Program-made: the position numbers and the translations under genes
Notes under the pieces: model-generated
Seen by the model: the letters and a program-made list of their open reading frames with translations, nothing else
Told to the model about the DNA's origin: nothing
Databases searched by the model: none
Part shown: piece after piece, positions 26,944 through 36,874 of the stretch
How positions within the stretch are numbered: position 1 is the stretch's first letter
Layout of the letters: every line of letters starts with the position of its first letter
From: Patescibacteria group bacterium
Lineage (GTDB): Bacteria > Patescibacteriota > Patescibacteriia > UBA10025 > JBIOWE01
NCBI GenBank assembly: GCA_044868145.1
Contig: JBIOWE010000013.1
Location: 6,611-70,610 of the forward strand
DNA length: 64,000 nt
Direction of reading: 5' to 3'

Positions 26944-28839
26944 CTATTCGACGATAACGCCGCTCCTGGCCAACAAAGACCAGTCTCGGTCAAACGAGGC
27001 GGCAGAGTACACGCGCTCACCATACAGCGGGTCATTCACAATAATACTCGTCGGATTATCTTGCGAGCCGACAAATCCTTTGACCACACGAGTATGCTCG
27101 CCGTTAATCGCGAGAACGGTTTTACCGGTCGGCGTTTTCCAATCAATCCGTGCGCCGGTGGTCGCGTTGCCCCAAATAATCACGGGGTTACCCTTGGCAA
27201 TCTCGGCAGTTATCTGACTAATCGTGCCGCCGGTGAACGCGCGACTGGGACGGTATTGCGAACCGACGCGCGCGATCGGCTCCCAATACACGCCGTAGCC
27301 GGTTGTCGGCTGCCTGCCGTCCACGTTGCCGACAAACGCCGCATGCGGGTCACCCCACACATTGCCGTTATGCGGGGTCGGGTCAACGCCTATGCGATCC
27401 AAGAGTTCGTTTTCAGACACAAACACGCCTTTCGCGGCTAAAGCCATGCGCAACGCAGCAGCCTCGCACGACAAATTACGTTGCTGGCGATAATACGGCA
27501 CGGTAATGCGTACTTGCGTTGGCTCCGTGGTGAATGACACACGCATATCCTGCTTAGACGGAATTTTCTCGGAGCCGACAATGCCTGCGACGAGCGTGAC
27601 AGTGTACGTCATGTCGCGACTCAAGGTGGCGGGCTTAAAAGTGAGCGTTGAGCCAGACCAAGCAAACGATCCTTGAACAGGCGGCTGGATGGAAAATCGT
27701 TGTTCCGCGGAGGCATGGTCAACTTCCTGATCAAACGTAAACGAAAGCGATGCACCCGGTTTCACGCCGGTGGCACCGTTTGCGGGAGAGCTGTGACTGA
27801 GCTTTACGCTGCCTCTTGTCGTGAAGGTATAGACGGCGTCTTGCTCAAGGTATCCTCCTGCTTGAGTTCGCACGCCCGCCGGAATTGTCAGGGTGTAGCG
27901 CGTGTCCGGATCAAGCTTTTGGGGTTCGATCTTGTACGCCGTTTGGTCATCCGTTCTCCATGACCCGACCACGTTTGGTTCAACGAAAATTTTTACAGGG
28001 AGGTCTTGCGTATCCATTGGTTCGGAAAAGGTAATGTGCATTGTGCTCGCGCGATCAATGCTATCGCCAGTTGGGCCGACATCCACGATGCCCGGCGCTT
28101 GCCGCGTTTTCCAACTAGTCACGCTCACTTGTACCGGATCGCTCTGACTAATCACTATGCCCGTTTGCAAATCTTTTTGACTGGTGCGCTCAATGATCGT
28201 GAGTTGATACGTAGTGCCCTGCTGCAACCGTGTCTCAGGCCTTAAAGTGTACTCTTGCCCGTTTGCTGATTCCTCAACAGTGAACTGCGTTTCCGGGGCC
28301 AAGGTAAACTCATGAACAACAACGCCGGGGTTGGGGCTGTTGAGTCGCACATGAAACGTGGATTCCGGACTAATGGCGTCAGAGGAGTCGGATGCGGCGA
28401 CCTGTTCTATTTTGGGCGCTGGCTGAGTCGTGAACTGTATTGCCATATCTCGACCCACTCCTGCGGGCATCAAACCATTCCGCACGCCTTGCAGCCGTAT
28501 CGTGTACGTTGTGTTTGGCGCGAATGTCACGAGGGGCTGGAACGTCACGGTTTGCGTAAAAAACTTTTGTAAGAACTGGTCGCCGAACTGCCAATTCCCC
28601 AGCGCCGCGGGCTCAATCGTCGCTTCAATTGCGCGACTAATCGGCCGGTCAAAATGAATCGTAATCGGACTTGCCACGGACACGCGGTCGCCAAATTGGA
28701 CCACCTTTACCTCATGCTCAGGCGGTTTAGCCGCGATCGCCACGCCCGTGAACACAAAAACAAGGAGGCAAAGACTGCCTCCCAAGAGTATTTTTTCCTT
28801 TTTTGTTACGTGATGCGTTTTAGGAATTGCTTGCGGCAT
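26944..28839 (-). CDS. secreted multi-Ig-like-domain protein with C-terminal C39-like peptidase domain
   Basis: 631 aa; signal anchor; beta-rich repeats; C-term YYRQQRNLSCEAAALRMAL … GEHTRVVKGF. Confidence 0.5.
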   Translation of the reverse strand: MPQAIPKTHHVTKKEKILLGGSLCLLVFVFTGVAIAAKPPEHEVKVVQFGDRVSVASPITIHFDRPISRAIEATIEPAALGNWQFGDQFLQKFFTQTVTFQPLVTFAPNTTYTIRLQGVRNGLMPAGVGRDMAIQFTTQPAPKIEQVAASDSSDAISPESTFHVRLNSPNPGVVVHEFTLAPETQFTVEESANGQEYTLRPETRLQQGTTYQLTIIERTSQKDLQTGIVISQSDPVQVSVTSWKTRQAPGIVDVGPTGDSIDRASTMHITFSEPMDTQDLPVKIFVEPNVVGSWRTDDQTAYKIEPQKLDPDTRYTLTIPAGVRTQAGGYLEQDAVYTFTTRGSVKLSHSSPANGATGVKPGASLSFTFDQEVDHASAEQRFSIQPPVQGSFAWSGSTLTFKPATLSRDMTYTVTLVAGIVGSEKIPSKQDMRVSFTTEPTQVRITVPYYRQQRNLSCEAAALRMALAAKGVFVSENELLDRIGVDPTPHNGNVWGDPHAAFVGNVDGRQPTTGYGVYWEPIARVGSQYRPSRAFTGGTISQITAEIAKGNPVIIWGNATTGARIDWKTPTGKTVLAINGEHTRVVKGFVGSQDNPTSIIVNDPLYGERVYSAASFDRDWSLLARSGVIVE

Positions 28840-29045
28840 GCGTTCTTATTGTACGTAAAAAAATGACCTATGTCGAGGAAACACGCTTGTCACATTGCCG
28901 TGTCATTCTGAGGAAGCCGAGCCGTGAGCTTGCCGAACGGTCGAGGCTGACGAAGAATCTCCTGGCCATTATCTTTTAGCAAGGAGATTTCTCCTCGCCC
29001 GGCCGCGTAAATTCTATACGCGGCGAGGTCGTCGAAAAGACAGCA

Positions 29046-29086
29046 AAAATAAAAAACCCCGGTTATTAAAACCAGGGTTCTTTTTG
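29046..29086. terminator. bidirectional intrinsic terminator (AACCCCGGTT/AACCAGGGTT stem flanked by A-run and T-run)
   Basis: direct reading. Confidence 0.5.
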
Positions 29087-29382
29087 TACACCCGAATGTC
29101 CAGCCATACTACCGGTCAGTATCGCCCTGAACATCTCTTTCCCCTAAACCTTACCCGGATTTTGGGTACTCCGATGTCCATTCTTCGAGACCCCCTGTGT
29201 TCAACAGAGGGCGGAGTCATAGAAGCCTGTGAGCGGCAGGCTGTTTTTGAATAGCCCGTTGGCAGGCGCGGCAATAAATCGCCAATGCTGGAGCCTTTAT
29301 GAAGGGCCATGTACCCCGCTCGACCGATATCAGCACTTCATTCGGGTGAATGTAAAGGACTTTTTGGAGGAACCTTTAAAAT

Positions 29383-29826
29383 CTAGTAAGAGTTTTGGGG
29401 AACTGCCAGAAAGCGGCAGACCGGAGACCATGGATAGTCGTTCGGTGCGAGACCAAGATGTCGACCCTGGCAGGTCTGGCGCGGAAAGAGGACGTACAAG
29501 CGGTGATCCTCCCAGCTGTACCATCTTGATCCAAGAAGTACCAGGGGAAACTCATACGTCTGAAACGTGGCAGTAAACGTCAGGAGGTCCTTAACCGATC
29601 CTGAACAGAGTTTGTTCTCTTTGAAAAAATTCAGCGTGTCGTCGCTTTCGATGAACTCGTCGAAATGGACAATCTGCACCTCTCGTTCGGCCTTAACATA
29701 GGATCCAAGCGGAAAGTGCTTCTCCGTCGCTTGCTGGTCAACCCAGGAAAAGCGACTCTTGTCTATCAGACCATCGAACAGTGCTGACACGAGGTGAAGC
29801 CGGTGTTTCTGAATTGTTAAACCCAT
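29383..29826 (-). CDS. hypothetical protein immediately downstream of RHS toxin gene; candidate cognate immunity protein
   Basis: 147-aa ORF 129 nt after RHS stop, same strand; C-terminal part of ORF may be non-coding. Confidence 0.35.
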   Translation of the reverse strand: MGLTIQKHRLHLVSALFDGLIDKSRFSWVDQQATEKHFPLGSYVKAEREVQIVHFDEFIESDDTLNFFKENKLCSGSVKDLLTFTATFQTYEFPLVLLGSRWYSWEDHRLYVLFPRQTCQGRHLGLAPNDYPWSPVCRFLAVPQNSY

Positions 29827-29955
29827 CTCGCCCTCCTTTTTTTGGTTTTTGTAATGACTACACTACCACAATGGTTGGCTGATTGTCAAACGAAAAAAGA
29901 CAGTCAATACAAAAGCCGCTCCTTTTTCTTGGAACGGCTTTTTTTGGGAAAATCC

Positions 29956-32900
29956 TTAGTATGAATTATACCACAAACCATAGTCTGATGATTCTATATG
30001 CTCCTCCTCGGCCCGCGGATTCAGGGATGGAGCGGGGGGCAATGGACCCTGGACGCCTAGGCCGCCTTTCGGCGGACCCTCGGATTTGTTGGCTCCTGGA
30101 CCAACATTACCCGGAGCATTTTGCGATGGCGTACCGCCACCACCGCTACTTGGGCCAGATGGGATAGGACTAGCTGGGTTGGATAGCGGTGGGTTTAAAT
30201 TTATGTCGCCCATAGCTGTCGGCTGAATATAATCTTCGCCCGGATAGGATGATTGTGGTGCGGTTTTTGGATTCTTCGCCGCCTTAATTACTTCTTCTTT
30301 TACCTTATCCTTTAGTTCTTCTAAAAGCTTTTCTCCTATCTCTCCTAATGCGCCTTTTACGGCTTTAACTCCGGACTTTTCGCAGCCTAAGGTTACACTC
30401 CTTAACAAACCACGTGCTAATTTCGTACCTAGGTTCTTTACGGCTGATGCGGCGTTGAGACCAGTAAGAGTCCAGTCTCCCGTTGTGCTCCCTGCATCGA
30501 TCAATTCCTGGTCTTCGGAAGGTAAATCTTTTTGTCCTTCTACTTCACCCGACAAGGCACCGAGGGTACAATTTTCTAACACCCCTTGCAAATAACCCAA
30601 AAGTGTCAAGCTTGATTCCACCGAAACAATCTCCTCTACAGTCTCGGAGTAGGCGTTTGATACATTTTGTCCTGCATCACTCAATGAATCTGCGAAATCT
30701 CTTTCAGGAATGCCGGGCCCCGCACTGCTAGACCCTGCACCGGAAGGATCTGACCGATCAGGATAATACAGACCGCGAGGATCGGTTCTATTAATAGGGT
30801 TCTCAGCCACATACGCCAGCCCATTCCCAAGATTCATCGGGTCCGTCCACGTGCCAATCGGGTCGCGTTGGATGAAGCGGCCGAGCACAGGACTATACAT
30901 TCTATTGTGGTAGTCGTAGAGCCCTGTTTCGCTGTCGAAACGTTGGCCGGTGAATAGGTACGGGTTGCCGATTGCTGAACTGCCGATGTCAGTTCCGCTC
31001 GCGTTACGGAATGTAGGCTTGCCGTACGGATCATAGTCGTACCGCTCAACAACGTTTCCAGACGAATCCGTTACCGCGCTAACGCTGCCAAGACTATTGA
31101 GATGCGCTGTGTAGTCTTGACCGCTACGTTTAAAGCCGACGAGTTCGTTGGCCCCGGAACCCCAGACATTCGTTGCCTGGACCACGTCGCTGCCATCGCG
31201 TTCTTCCACAGTTTCGAAGCCGCTGTAATAAAACTTCGTGGTTGTTGCGCCGACGATTTTGTTAATCCGACGACCGAGTACATCATACGCGTACGAGGCA
31301 ATCGTTGTCGTACCTGGAGCATCTTTCACGGTGAGGAGCTGGTTCCGATAGTCGTAAACGTATTGATATGTTCCGTCGGACTTCAAGTTCCCGTTCACAT
31401 CGTACGTAAGGCCTGCAGCCCCGACTGTGGTGTACTGGTTCATCTGGCTGTCGGCCGGATTCGGCGTTGTTCCATCCATGACGTACGAAGTGGGTGTGCC
31501 GTTCTCCGTGACACTCGTGCGATTGTTCACGCCGTCAATTGCGTAGTCAATCGTTTTCTGCACCGCACCGGTGTTTGCAACCGGATCGTCAAGGCCCAAC
31601 TTGGCCTGCGTCAGCCGGTACGCGGCATCGTAGCTGTAGCGGTCGCCTTTGCCGCTCCATGGAGCGTGGTTCTTCTTCTCGTACAGTCGGACATTCACGC
31701 TATCAAACCCGTATTGAAAGTCCGTAATGGTTGTGAGCGGCGATACCTTCTCGTCAACAAGATGCGTGATTCTGCGAATCGTGTCGTATGTTACCGTGGC
31801 CTGCGTGCCATTGCCGAACGTGCGTTTGGAAACGCGTCCAAAGCCGAGATAGTCGTTATCAACAATTTGTGAACCATTCGTGATGGTCTGAAGCCGATCC
31901 AACGCGTCAAAGGTTTGATCAAGCGTCCTGCCACCGGGGTAAACGAGGCTCGTCGGGTCGGCGACACTGTTAAACGTGCGGCTAAGAACCTTACCGTTCT
32001 GCGTTTCTGTGCGTGGCTGGCCGAACGAGTCGTATGTTGAGGTGACCATACTGTCCTCGTCTTGACCCAGCGTCATGCGGCTCAACCCGTCATAACCGTA
32101 TGTTTCGGCGGTTGTGCCGAGAACGCCCGGAGCCCGCACGATTGCTCGAGACGTCAAGCGATTTTCGTCATCGTAAACATTCGTGACCACTGACCCGTTT
32201 TGATCCATGGCCGTAAGTACATTGTCGTTCGCGTCGTACGTTTGCGAAGACGTCGTTGCGTCGGCATAGAGCGTTGACGTCAAACGGTTCAGCGCGTCGT
32301 ATGAATAGATTGATGTGTGATTGTTGTCGTCGGTTTGTGAGGCTAGTCGCGAGTTATCATCCCACGCCTGCAAAATCGTAATGGAAGGATCCGCGTCCAT
32401 TCTCGTTTGACGACTCAATCCATCGTACGTGAACGTTGAAACGCTCCCTTTCGCGTCAGTCGTGCGGACAACGTTGCTCCGGCTGTCGTAGGCGTAGGTG
32501 GTCGTCTGACTCAACGGGTCACCCTGTTGCAGCACTTGTGTGGTGAGCCGGTCGAGATCATCGTAGGTGAAGGTGGTGGTCGTGTTCACTGCGGGACCGC
32601 TCACCTCCGGCAGCTCGTGCTCAACCGTGCTGATTACGTTGCTATTTGCGTCGTAGGTGTTCGTGACCGTATTGAGCAGCGGATCCGTGGCCACAGTCAT
32701 TCGGCTCATCCCATCGTATGCGAAAAGCGAATCTCGATTGAGATCGTCTCGAGTTTTTACTAGGCGGCTGTTTTGATCGTACTGGAACTTTGTCGTTCTC
32801 GGATCACCAGGAAGTGCGGCTTGCGTTGCAGGATCAAAATAGGATGCATCCGACTGGAACTCTCGGTTGAGTTCGTCATATTGAAAGGCGGACTCGGCGA

Positions 32901-35328
32901 GTCGGACGTTCCCGCCGCCGGTTTGATTCAAATGGCCTTCATATTTCGAGGTCAACATATTGCCGTTCATGTCGTACGTGAACAACGTTTTGAAACCGAG
33001 CGGGCTTAACCCCTGGGTAAGACGGTCGAAAGGATCGTAGGTGAATTGAGTCATCTTGCCACGGCCGTCAACGCTTTTGATGGTGTTGAAATTCGCGTCG
33101 TACGTAAACGCTTGCGTGGAAGCGCCTGCAGCTCCAAACCCGCGAGTTACCTGATAAGGACGATTACGTCCGTCGTAAATTGTTTTGACGCTGTTGCCAA
33201 ACGGTTCAATAACCTTTGTCACGTTCTCATTCGGATCGTATTCATAGGTCGTCATGACATTCTTTGGCGAATCGTCAACCTCGCGGGTTTCCGTAAGCGG
33301 GTGGTTCAGGATGTCATACGTCCAGGACGAAGTCAGACGATTGTTGGGGTAGAAATTACCGTTCTCGTCCTTGTTGTCCACGTCCACGCGGATGACGTTT
33401 CCGTTCGCGTCGTAGGTGTAATCCGCGGCAATGATAAGCGGATGCCGACCGACAGATCTTGTTACCTGGTTCATGGCGTTTACCGCGTATGTGGAGGCCT
33501 GGCCTTTGCCATCCGTAAACGAGGTGAGGTTTCCCACCGAGTCGTATGTGTAGCTATTGGTAATCGCTGCTCCGCCGCTATCACTTGTGACAGACTGGAG
33601 ATAGCCATTGTTTAGACCGGAGGCGTAATACGCGTAAACGTCGTAATTCCCTTCAGGATGGGTGAGCCTGGTGACCTGGCCGTATTGGTTGTACCGCGTG
33701 GTTGAGGCGGGTTGTTGCGGCTGGCTCAATCCGACAGTCACGGCCGGGGCTTGCACTTTCACCACATTGCCGGCTGTTTGATTCGTTATCTCGTCCCCGT
33801 TCAAATCACCCAGCGTTCCTTCTTCGTAATCATAGAAATAGGTCGTTACTTTCCCTTTCGGGTCTGTCGCTGTTTTGATGAACTGAAAATTCGGTTCGTA
33901 CGTGTAGGACATTACAATGTCCGGGTCCACGCCGAGCGATCCTGCCTTTCGGTTTGTTGACAAAAGGTTGGCCCGCTTTTTCGGATCAGGGTTCGCTGCG
34001 TCGTATGTAAACGACGTTTGATTCCCTCGCGGATACGTTACCAAGCTCAGGGAACCCATGCTGTCATACGCATACATAGTTTCCCAATACGGCGGGTCGT
34101 CCGGATTCACGCCGTTCGAGTACACCTTCTCTTTCGACGGCTGGCCGGAGCTGTTGTAGAACCAGTCCTTGATATTACCATTGCGATCCGTAACGCGCGT
34201 GTAGCTTTGCTCTGGATGGTAGTCGTAAAGATATGTGCCGTTACCGTATACCTGGCTCGACACTCGATCAGACCCATCATACACGTTCGTCAGGAACACC
34301 TGGCCCTTGGGGTCTTTGATCGTCAACAGGTTATGGTTCAAGGTGCCGGGGGTGAGTCCGATTGAATATGTGTACGTTGTCTGACGGCCAGCCGGAAAAT
34401 CCTGGGTTGCCGGAGACGTGACAATGGACAGGTTGCCATCAGCATCGTACGTATACGTCACGCGGCGACTGGTGTAATCCTGCACTGCGGTTATCCTGCC
34501 ATTCGCGTCGTATGCCAGGTAGATGTTTCTGCTAAGCGTGTCAAGAACGCGGACAAGCAAGTTACCGGAATAGAAAAACGTCAGCGTATTGCCATTGCGG
34601 TCAATCATCTGCTTAAGCAAACCATCGTTCGATTGGCTCGCGAACCCGTAGAACACGTACTGGAACCCGTCCGGCTCAAGCAGTGTGTACGTACCATTCC
34701 CGTTCAGACTGATCGTATCGAAGAAACCCGGCGCGGTGTATACGCCTCCATTCAAGGTGTAAAGGTCGTTGAACCGGTTACCAGGCGGCGCGTTGCCTTG
34801 TGGCGTGATAATGCCATGATAAAGGCGGATATTTGAACCGTCCTGCAGAATTCGTTTATTGTAATTAAACTCCCAGCCATAACCAAGACTGCCGCTGTAT
34901 GTAAGCTGTGCGCGGTACACGCGTTGGAATGCAAAGTCCAGCCCCCTACCCGGAATCACCAGATCGGTGGCCTCGAGATAAAATTCACCGTTTTGAAGAT
35001 AAACGGGTTCGCCGTCCGATGTCGGGGTTCCGACCGGAGTGGACGGGATGGACGGAGGAGGAGAACCTCCCCCACCGTGACAGCCTGCGGCGTTTGCTGT
35101 GGGTATAAGGAGAAGTCGCTCAACGACAAACTGAAAACGCTGTAGTGGATTCCTGTGGGTGTTGAATGCTTGAATCCAGGGGCACCTGGCGTACGCGTGC
35201 CAGATCGGTAACCCAATAAAGACAAGAATAAAAAAAATCGCGACGATCAAAGTACGAGCACGAAACGACTTCAACCCTTTTGTGTTAAATTCTCTCCGTT
35301 GAGTATTTTTCTTAACAAAATTTGGCAT
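29956..35328 (-). CDS. RHS/YD-repeat polymorphic toxin (N-terminal TM anchor, YD repeats, RHS core ending DPRGL, ~330-aa variable C-terminal domain)
   Basis: 1790 aa; repeated YD/YxYDxxGR motifs; GNPYLFTGQRFDSETGLYDYHNRMYSPVLGRFIQRDP…NRTDPRGL. Confidence 0.85.
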   Translation of the reverse strand: MPNFVKKNTQRREFNTKGLKSFRARTLIVAIFFILVFIGLPIWHAYARCPWIQAFNTHRNPLQRFQFVVERLLLIPTANAAGCHGGGGSPPPSIPSTPVGTPTSDGEPVYLQNGEFYLEATDLVIPGRGLDFAFQRVYRAQLTYSGSLGYGWEFNYNKRILQDGSNIRLYHGIITPQGNAPPGNRFNDLYTLNGGVYTAPGFFDTISLNGNGTYTLLEPDGFQYVFYGFASQSNDGLLKQMIDRNGNTLTFFYSGNLLVRVLDTLSRNIYLAYDANGRITAVQDYTSRRVTYTYDADGNLSIVTSPATQDFPAGRQTTYTYSIGLTPGTLNHNLLTIKDPKGQVFLTNVYDGSDRVSSQVYGNGTYLYDYHPEQSYTRVTDRNGNIKDWFYNSSGQPSKEKVYSNGVNPDDPPYWETMYAYDSMGSLSLVTYPRGNQTSFTYDAANPDPKKRANLLSTNRKAGSLGVDPDIVMSYTYEPNFQFIKTATDPKGKVTTYFYDYEEGTLGDLNGDEITNQTAGNVVKVQAPAVTVGLSQPQQPASTTRYNQYGQVTRLTHPEGNYDVYAYYASGLNNGYLQSVTSDSGGAAITNSYTYDSVGNLTSFTDGKGQASTYAVNAMNQVTRSVGRHPLIIAADYTYDANGNVIRVDVDNKDENGNFYPNNRLTSSWTYDILNHPLTETREVDDSPKNVMTTYEYDPNENVTKVIEPFGNSVKTIYDGRNRPYQVTRGFGAAGASTQAFTYDANFNTIKSVDGRGKMTQFTYDPFDRLTQGLSPLGFKTLFTYDMNGNMLTSKYEGHLNQTGGGNVRLAESAFQYDELNREFQSDASYFDPATQAALPGDPRTTKFQYDQNSRLVKTRDDLNRDSLFAYDGMSRMTVATDPLLNTVTNTYDANSNVISTVEHELPEVSGPAVNTTTTFTYDDLDRLTTQVLQQGDPLSQTTTYAYDSRSNVVRTTDAKGSVSTFTYDGLSRQTRMDADPSITILQAWDDNSRLASQTDDNNHTSIYSYDALNRLTSTLYADATTSSQTYDANDNVLTAMDQNGSVVTNVYDDENRLTSRAIVRAPGVLGTTAETYGYDGLSRMTLGQDEDSMVTSTYDSFGQPRTETQNGKVLSRTFNSVADPTSLVYPGGRTLDQTFDALDRLQTITNGSQIVDNDYLGFGRVSKRTFGNGTQATVTYDTIRRITHLVDEKVSPLTTITDFQYGFDSVNVRLYEKKNHAPWSGKGDRYSYDAAYRLTQAKLGLDDPVANTGAVQKTIDYAIDGVNNRTSVTENGTPTSYVMDGTTPNPADSQMNQYTTVGAAGLTYDVNGNLKSDGTYQYVYDYRNQLLTVKDAPGTTTIASYAYDVLGRRINKIVGATTTKFYYSGFETVEERDGSDVVQATNVWGSGANELVGFKRSGQDYTAHLNSLGSVSAVTDSSGNVVERYDYDPYGKPTFRNASGTDIGSSAIGNPYLFTGQRFDSETGLYDYHNRMYSPVLGRFIQRDPIGTWTDPMNLGNGLAYVAENPINRTDPRGLYYPDRSDPSGAGSSSAGPGIPERDFADSLSDAGQNVSNAYSETVEEIVSVESSLTLLGYLQGVLENCTLGALSGEVEGQKDLPSEDQELIDAGSTTGDWTLTGLNAASAVKNLGTKLARGLLRSVTLGCEKSGVKAVKGALGEIGEKLLEELKDKVKEEVIKAAKNPKTAPQSSYPGEDYIQPTAMGDINLNPPLSNPASPIPSGPSSGGGGTPSQNAPGNVGPGANKSEGPPKGGLGVQGPLPPAPSLNPRAEEEHIESSDYGLWYNSY

Positions 35329-35337
35329 AAAGTATCT

Positions 35338-35346
35338 TGTGGATAA
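35338..35346 (+). promoter_or_regulatory. TGTGGATAA box 9 nt upstream of RHS start codon (reads TTATCCACA on coding strand)
   Basis: perfect 9-mer. Confidence 0.4.
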
Positions 35347-35552
35347 AGGCTAAAGGATTGATCATCTTACCCTTAGATGGCTAGCAAGGCAAGCACAAAA
35401 CATACCCCCTAACGAAGTGAGATATGTTTTGTTTTTTGGATTTTATCTTTACTGAACCACCCAAATCGCTTCAAGCGCTCTTTCGTTCAAAACTCCACAA
35501 AGGGGTTCTGTGGACCCCTTCGAAGAGTACGGTTAAGTAAACGAAAACGTTC

Positions 35553-35792
35553 TTACTCTTTCCAAGCGTGATGGAAATACAGTGCCGCAAGAAAAGACGT
35601 CATCGAGAGTTGCAGGTAGAAGCTCGAGCTGATGTACAGGAAGGCACCAGAGATTTCCGTGTAGAAGCCAAAGATGCCGGTAACCAGTCCAAATACTGCA
35701 AACGCTGTCGGCACCATTTTCGCTTTCATCATCATCATACGTGTTTTGAGTTTTATTAATTTACCTGCCACGTTCGACCGCCCGCGTGGCAA
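35553..35792 (-). CDS. small membrane protein
   Basis: 79 aa, 2 TM. Confidence 0.35.
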   Translation of the reverse strand: MPRGRSNVAGKLIKLKTRMMMMKAKMVPTAFAVFGLVTGIFGFYTEISGAFLYISSSFYLQLSMTSFLAALYFHHAWKE

Positions 35793-35813
35793 AAAAATGC
35801 CTTTTTTATCGAT

Positions 35814-36830
35814 TTATCTATGAGAAAGTTGATTCGCGACTAACTGCGCAATTTCGACTAATCGACAAGAGTATCCCCACTCATTATCGTACCAAGCGAC
35901 AATTTTGACAAGATCCCCGTCAATAACCTTCGTAAGCGACAAATCCACCACTGTGGAATGGCTATTGCCGATAAAATCGGACGAAACAAGGGGTTCGTCG
36001 GTCACATCGAGGATACCCTTGAAACGAGGTTGTTTCTTTGCTTCCCGAAATGCCTCATTCACCTTGTCAACCGTCACCCTTTTTTTGAGGAGAAACGTGA
36101 AGTCGGAAAGCGACACGTCCATCGTCGGCACACGCACGGCCATGCCGTCGAACAACCCTTTCAATTCTGGAATGGTCTCGGTCGTGGCAATGGCGGCGCC
36201 AGTTGTTGTTGGCACAATATTCTGGGCTGCGGCGCGAGCCCGGCGCAAATCCTTATGCGGGCCGTCCACAAGGTTCTGATCCGCGGTATAGGAGTGAATC
36301 GTGGTGAGAATCGCTTTTTTAACGCCGAACCGTTCATGCATCACTTTTGCGACTGGCGCGACGCTGTTCGTTGTGCACGATGAATTGGAAATAATATGCT
36401 CGTTCGCGTCCAAACGATCGTCATTGACGCCGAGCACGAATGTACCAACATCGCCGCCCTGGGGGGGCGCCGAGATGACAACGCGCTTGGCGCCGGCTTG
36501 TATGTGCGCTGACGCAAGCTCTTTTGTAATAAATCTGCCGGTGCTTTCTATAACGATATCCACGCGCATTTTTTTCCAGGGCAGCTTTGCGGGATCCTTT
36601 TCCGCGATGACTGGGTATTCTTTCCGGTCAACAACCACTGACGTTTTGGTAAACGTAACATCACGGTTATACGTGCGGTATACCGTGTCATATTTCAGTA
36701 AATGCGCCAGCGTCTTTGTGTCTGTCAGGTCGTTGATGGCGACTATCTCCAGAGACGTTTTGTCGAGAGCGGCTTTGAATGCCGCTCTGCCGATGCGCCC
36801 GAAACCATTAATTGCAATGCGTGCCCCCAT
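35814..36830 (-). CDS. gap: type I glyceraldehyde-3-phosphate dehydrogenase
   Basis: 338 aa, INGFGRIGR, SCTTN. Confidence 0.9.
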   Translation of the reverse strand: MGARIAINGFGRIGRAAFKAALDKTSLEIVAINDLTDTKTLAHLLKYDTVYRTYNRDVTFTKTSVVVDRKEYPVIAEKDPAKLPWKKMRVDIVIESTGRFITKELASAHIQAGAKRVVISAPPQGGDVGTFVLGVNDDRLDANEHIISNSSCTTNSVAPVAKVMHERFGVKKAILTTIHSYTADQNLVDGPHKDLRRARAAAQNIVPTTTGAAIATTETIPELKGLFDGMAVRVPTMDVSLSDFTFLLKKRVTVDKVNEAFREAKKQPRFKGILDVTDEPLVSSDFIGNSHSTVVDLSLTKVIDGDLVKIVAWYDNEWGYSCRLVEIAQLVANQLSHR

Positions 36831-36874
36831 GGTATGTGTGGTTATTGTATCATACTGCGGCTGCTCCCACCAGC

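Noticed and set aside
29100-29600. RNase P RNA, tmRNA or SRP RNA in the GC-rich region downstream of the RHS gene
   Set aside because: None of the searches matched: GGAAAGUCCGG/ACAGAAxCCGGCUUA (RNase P), GGUUCGAAUCC with tag-peptide ORF (tmRNA), and GGAAGGAAGCAGCC (SRP). Only loose partial resemblances were found (e.g. GGCAGGUCUGGCGCGGAAAGAGG).
31102-31872. 256-aa plus-strand ORF, and other plus-strand ORFs at 32.5-34.4 kb
   Set aside because: Antisense within the RHS gene. The GC-rich repeat region gives long spurious frames.
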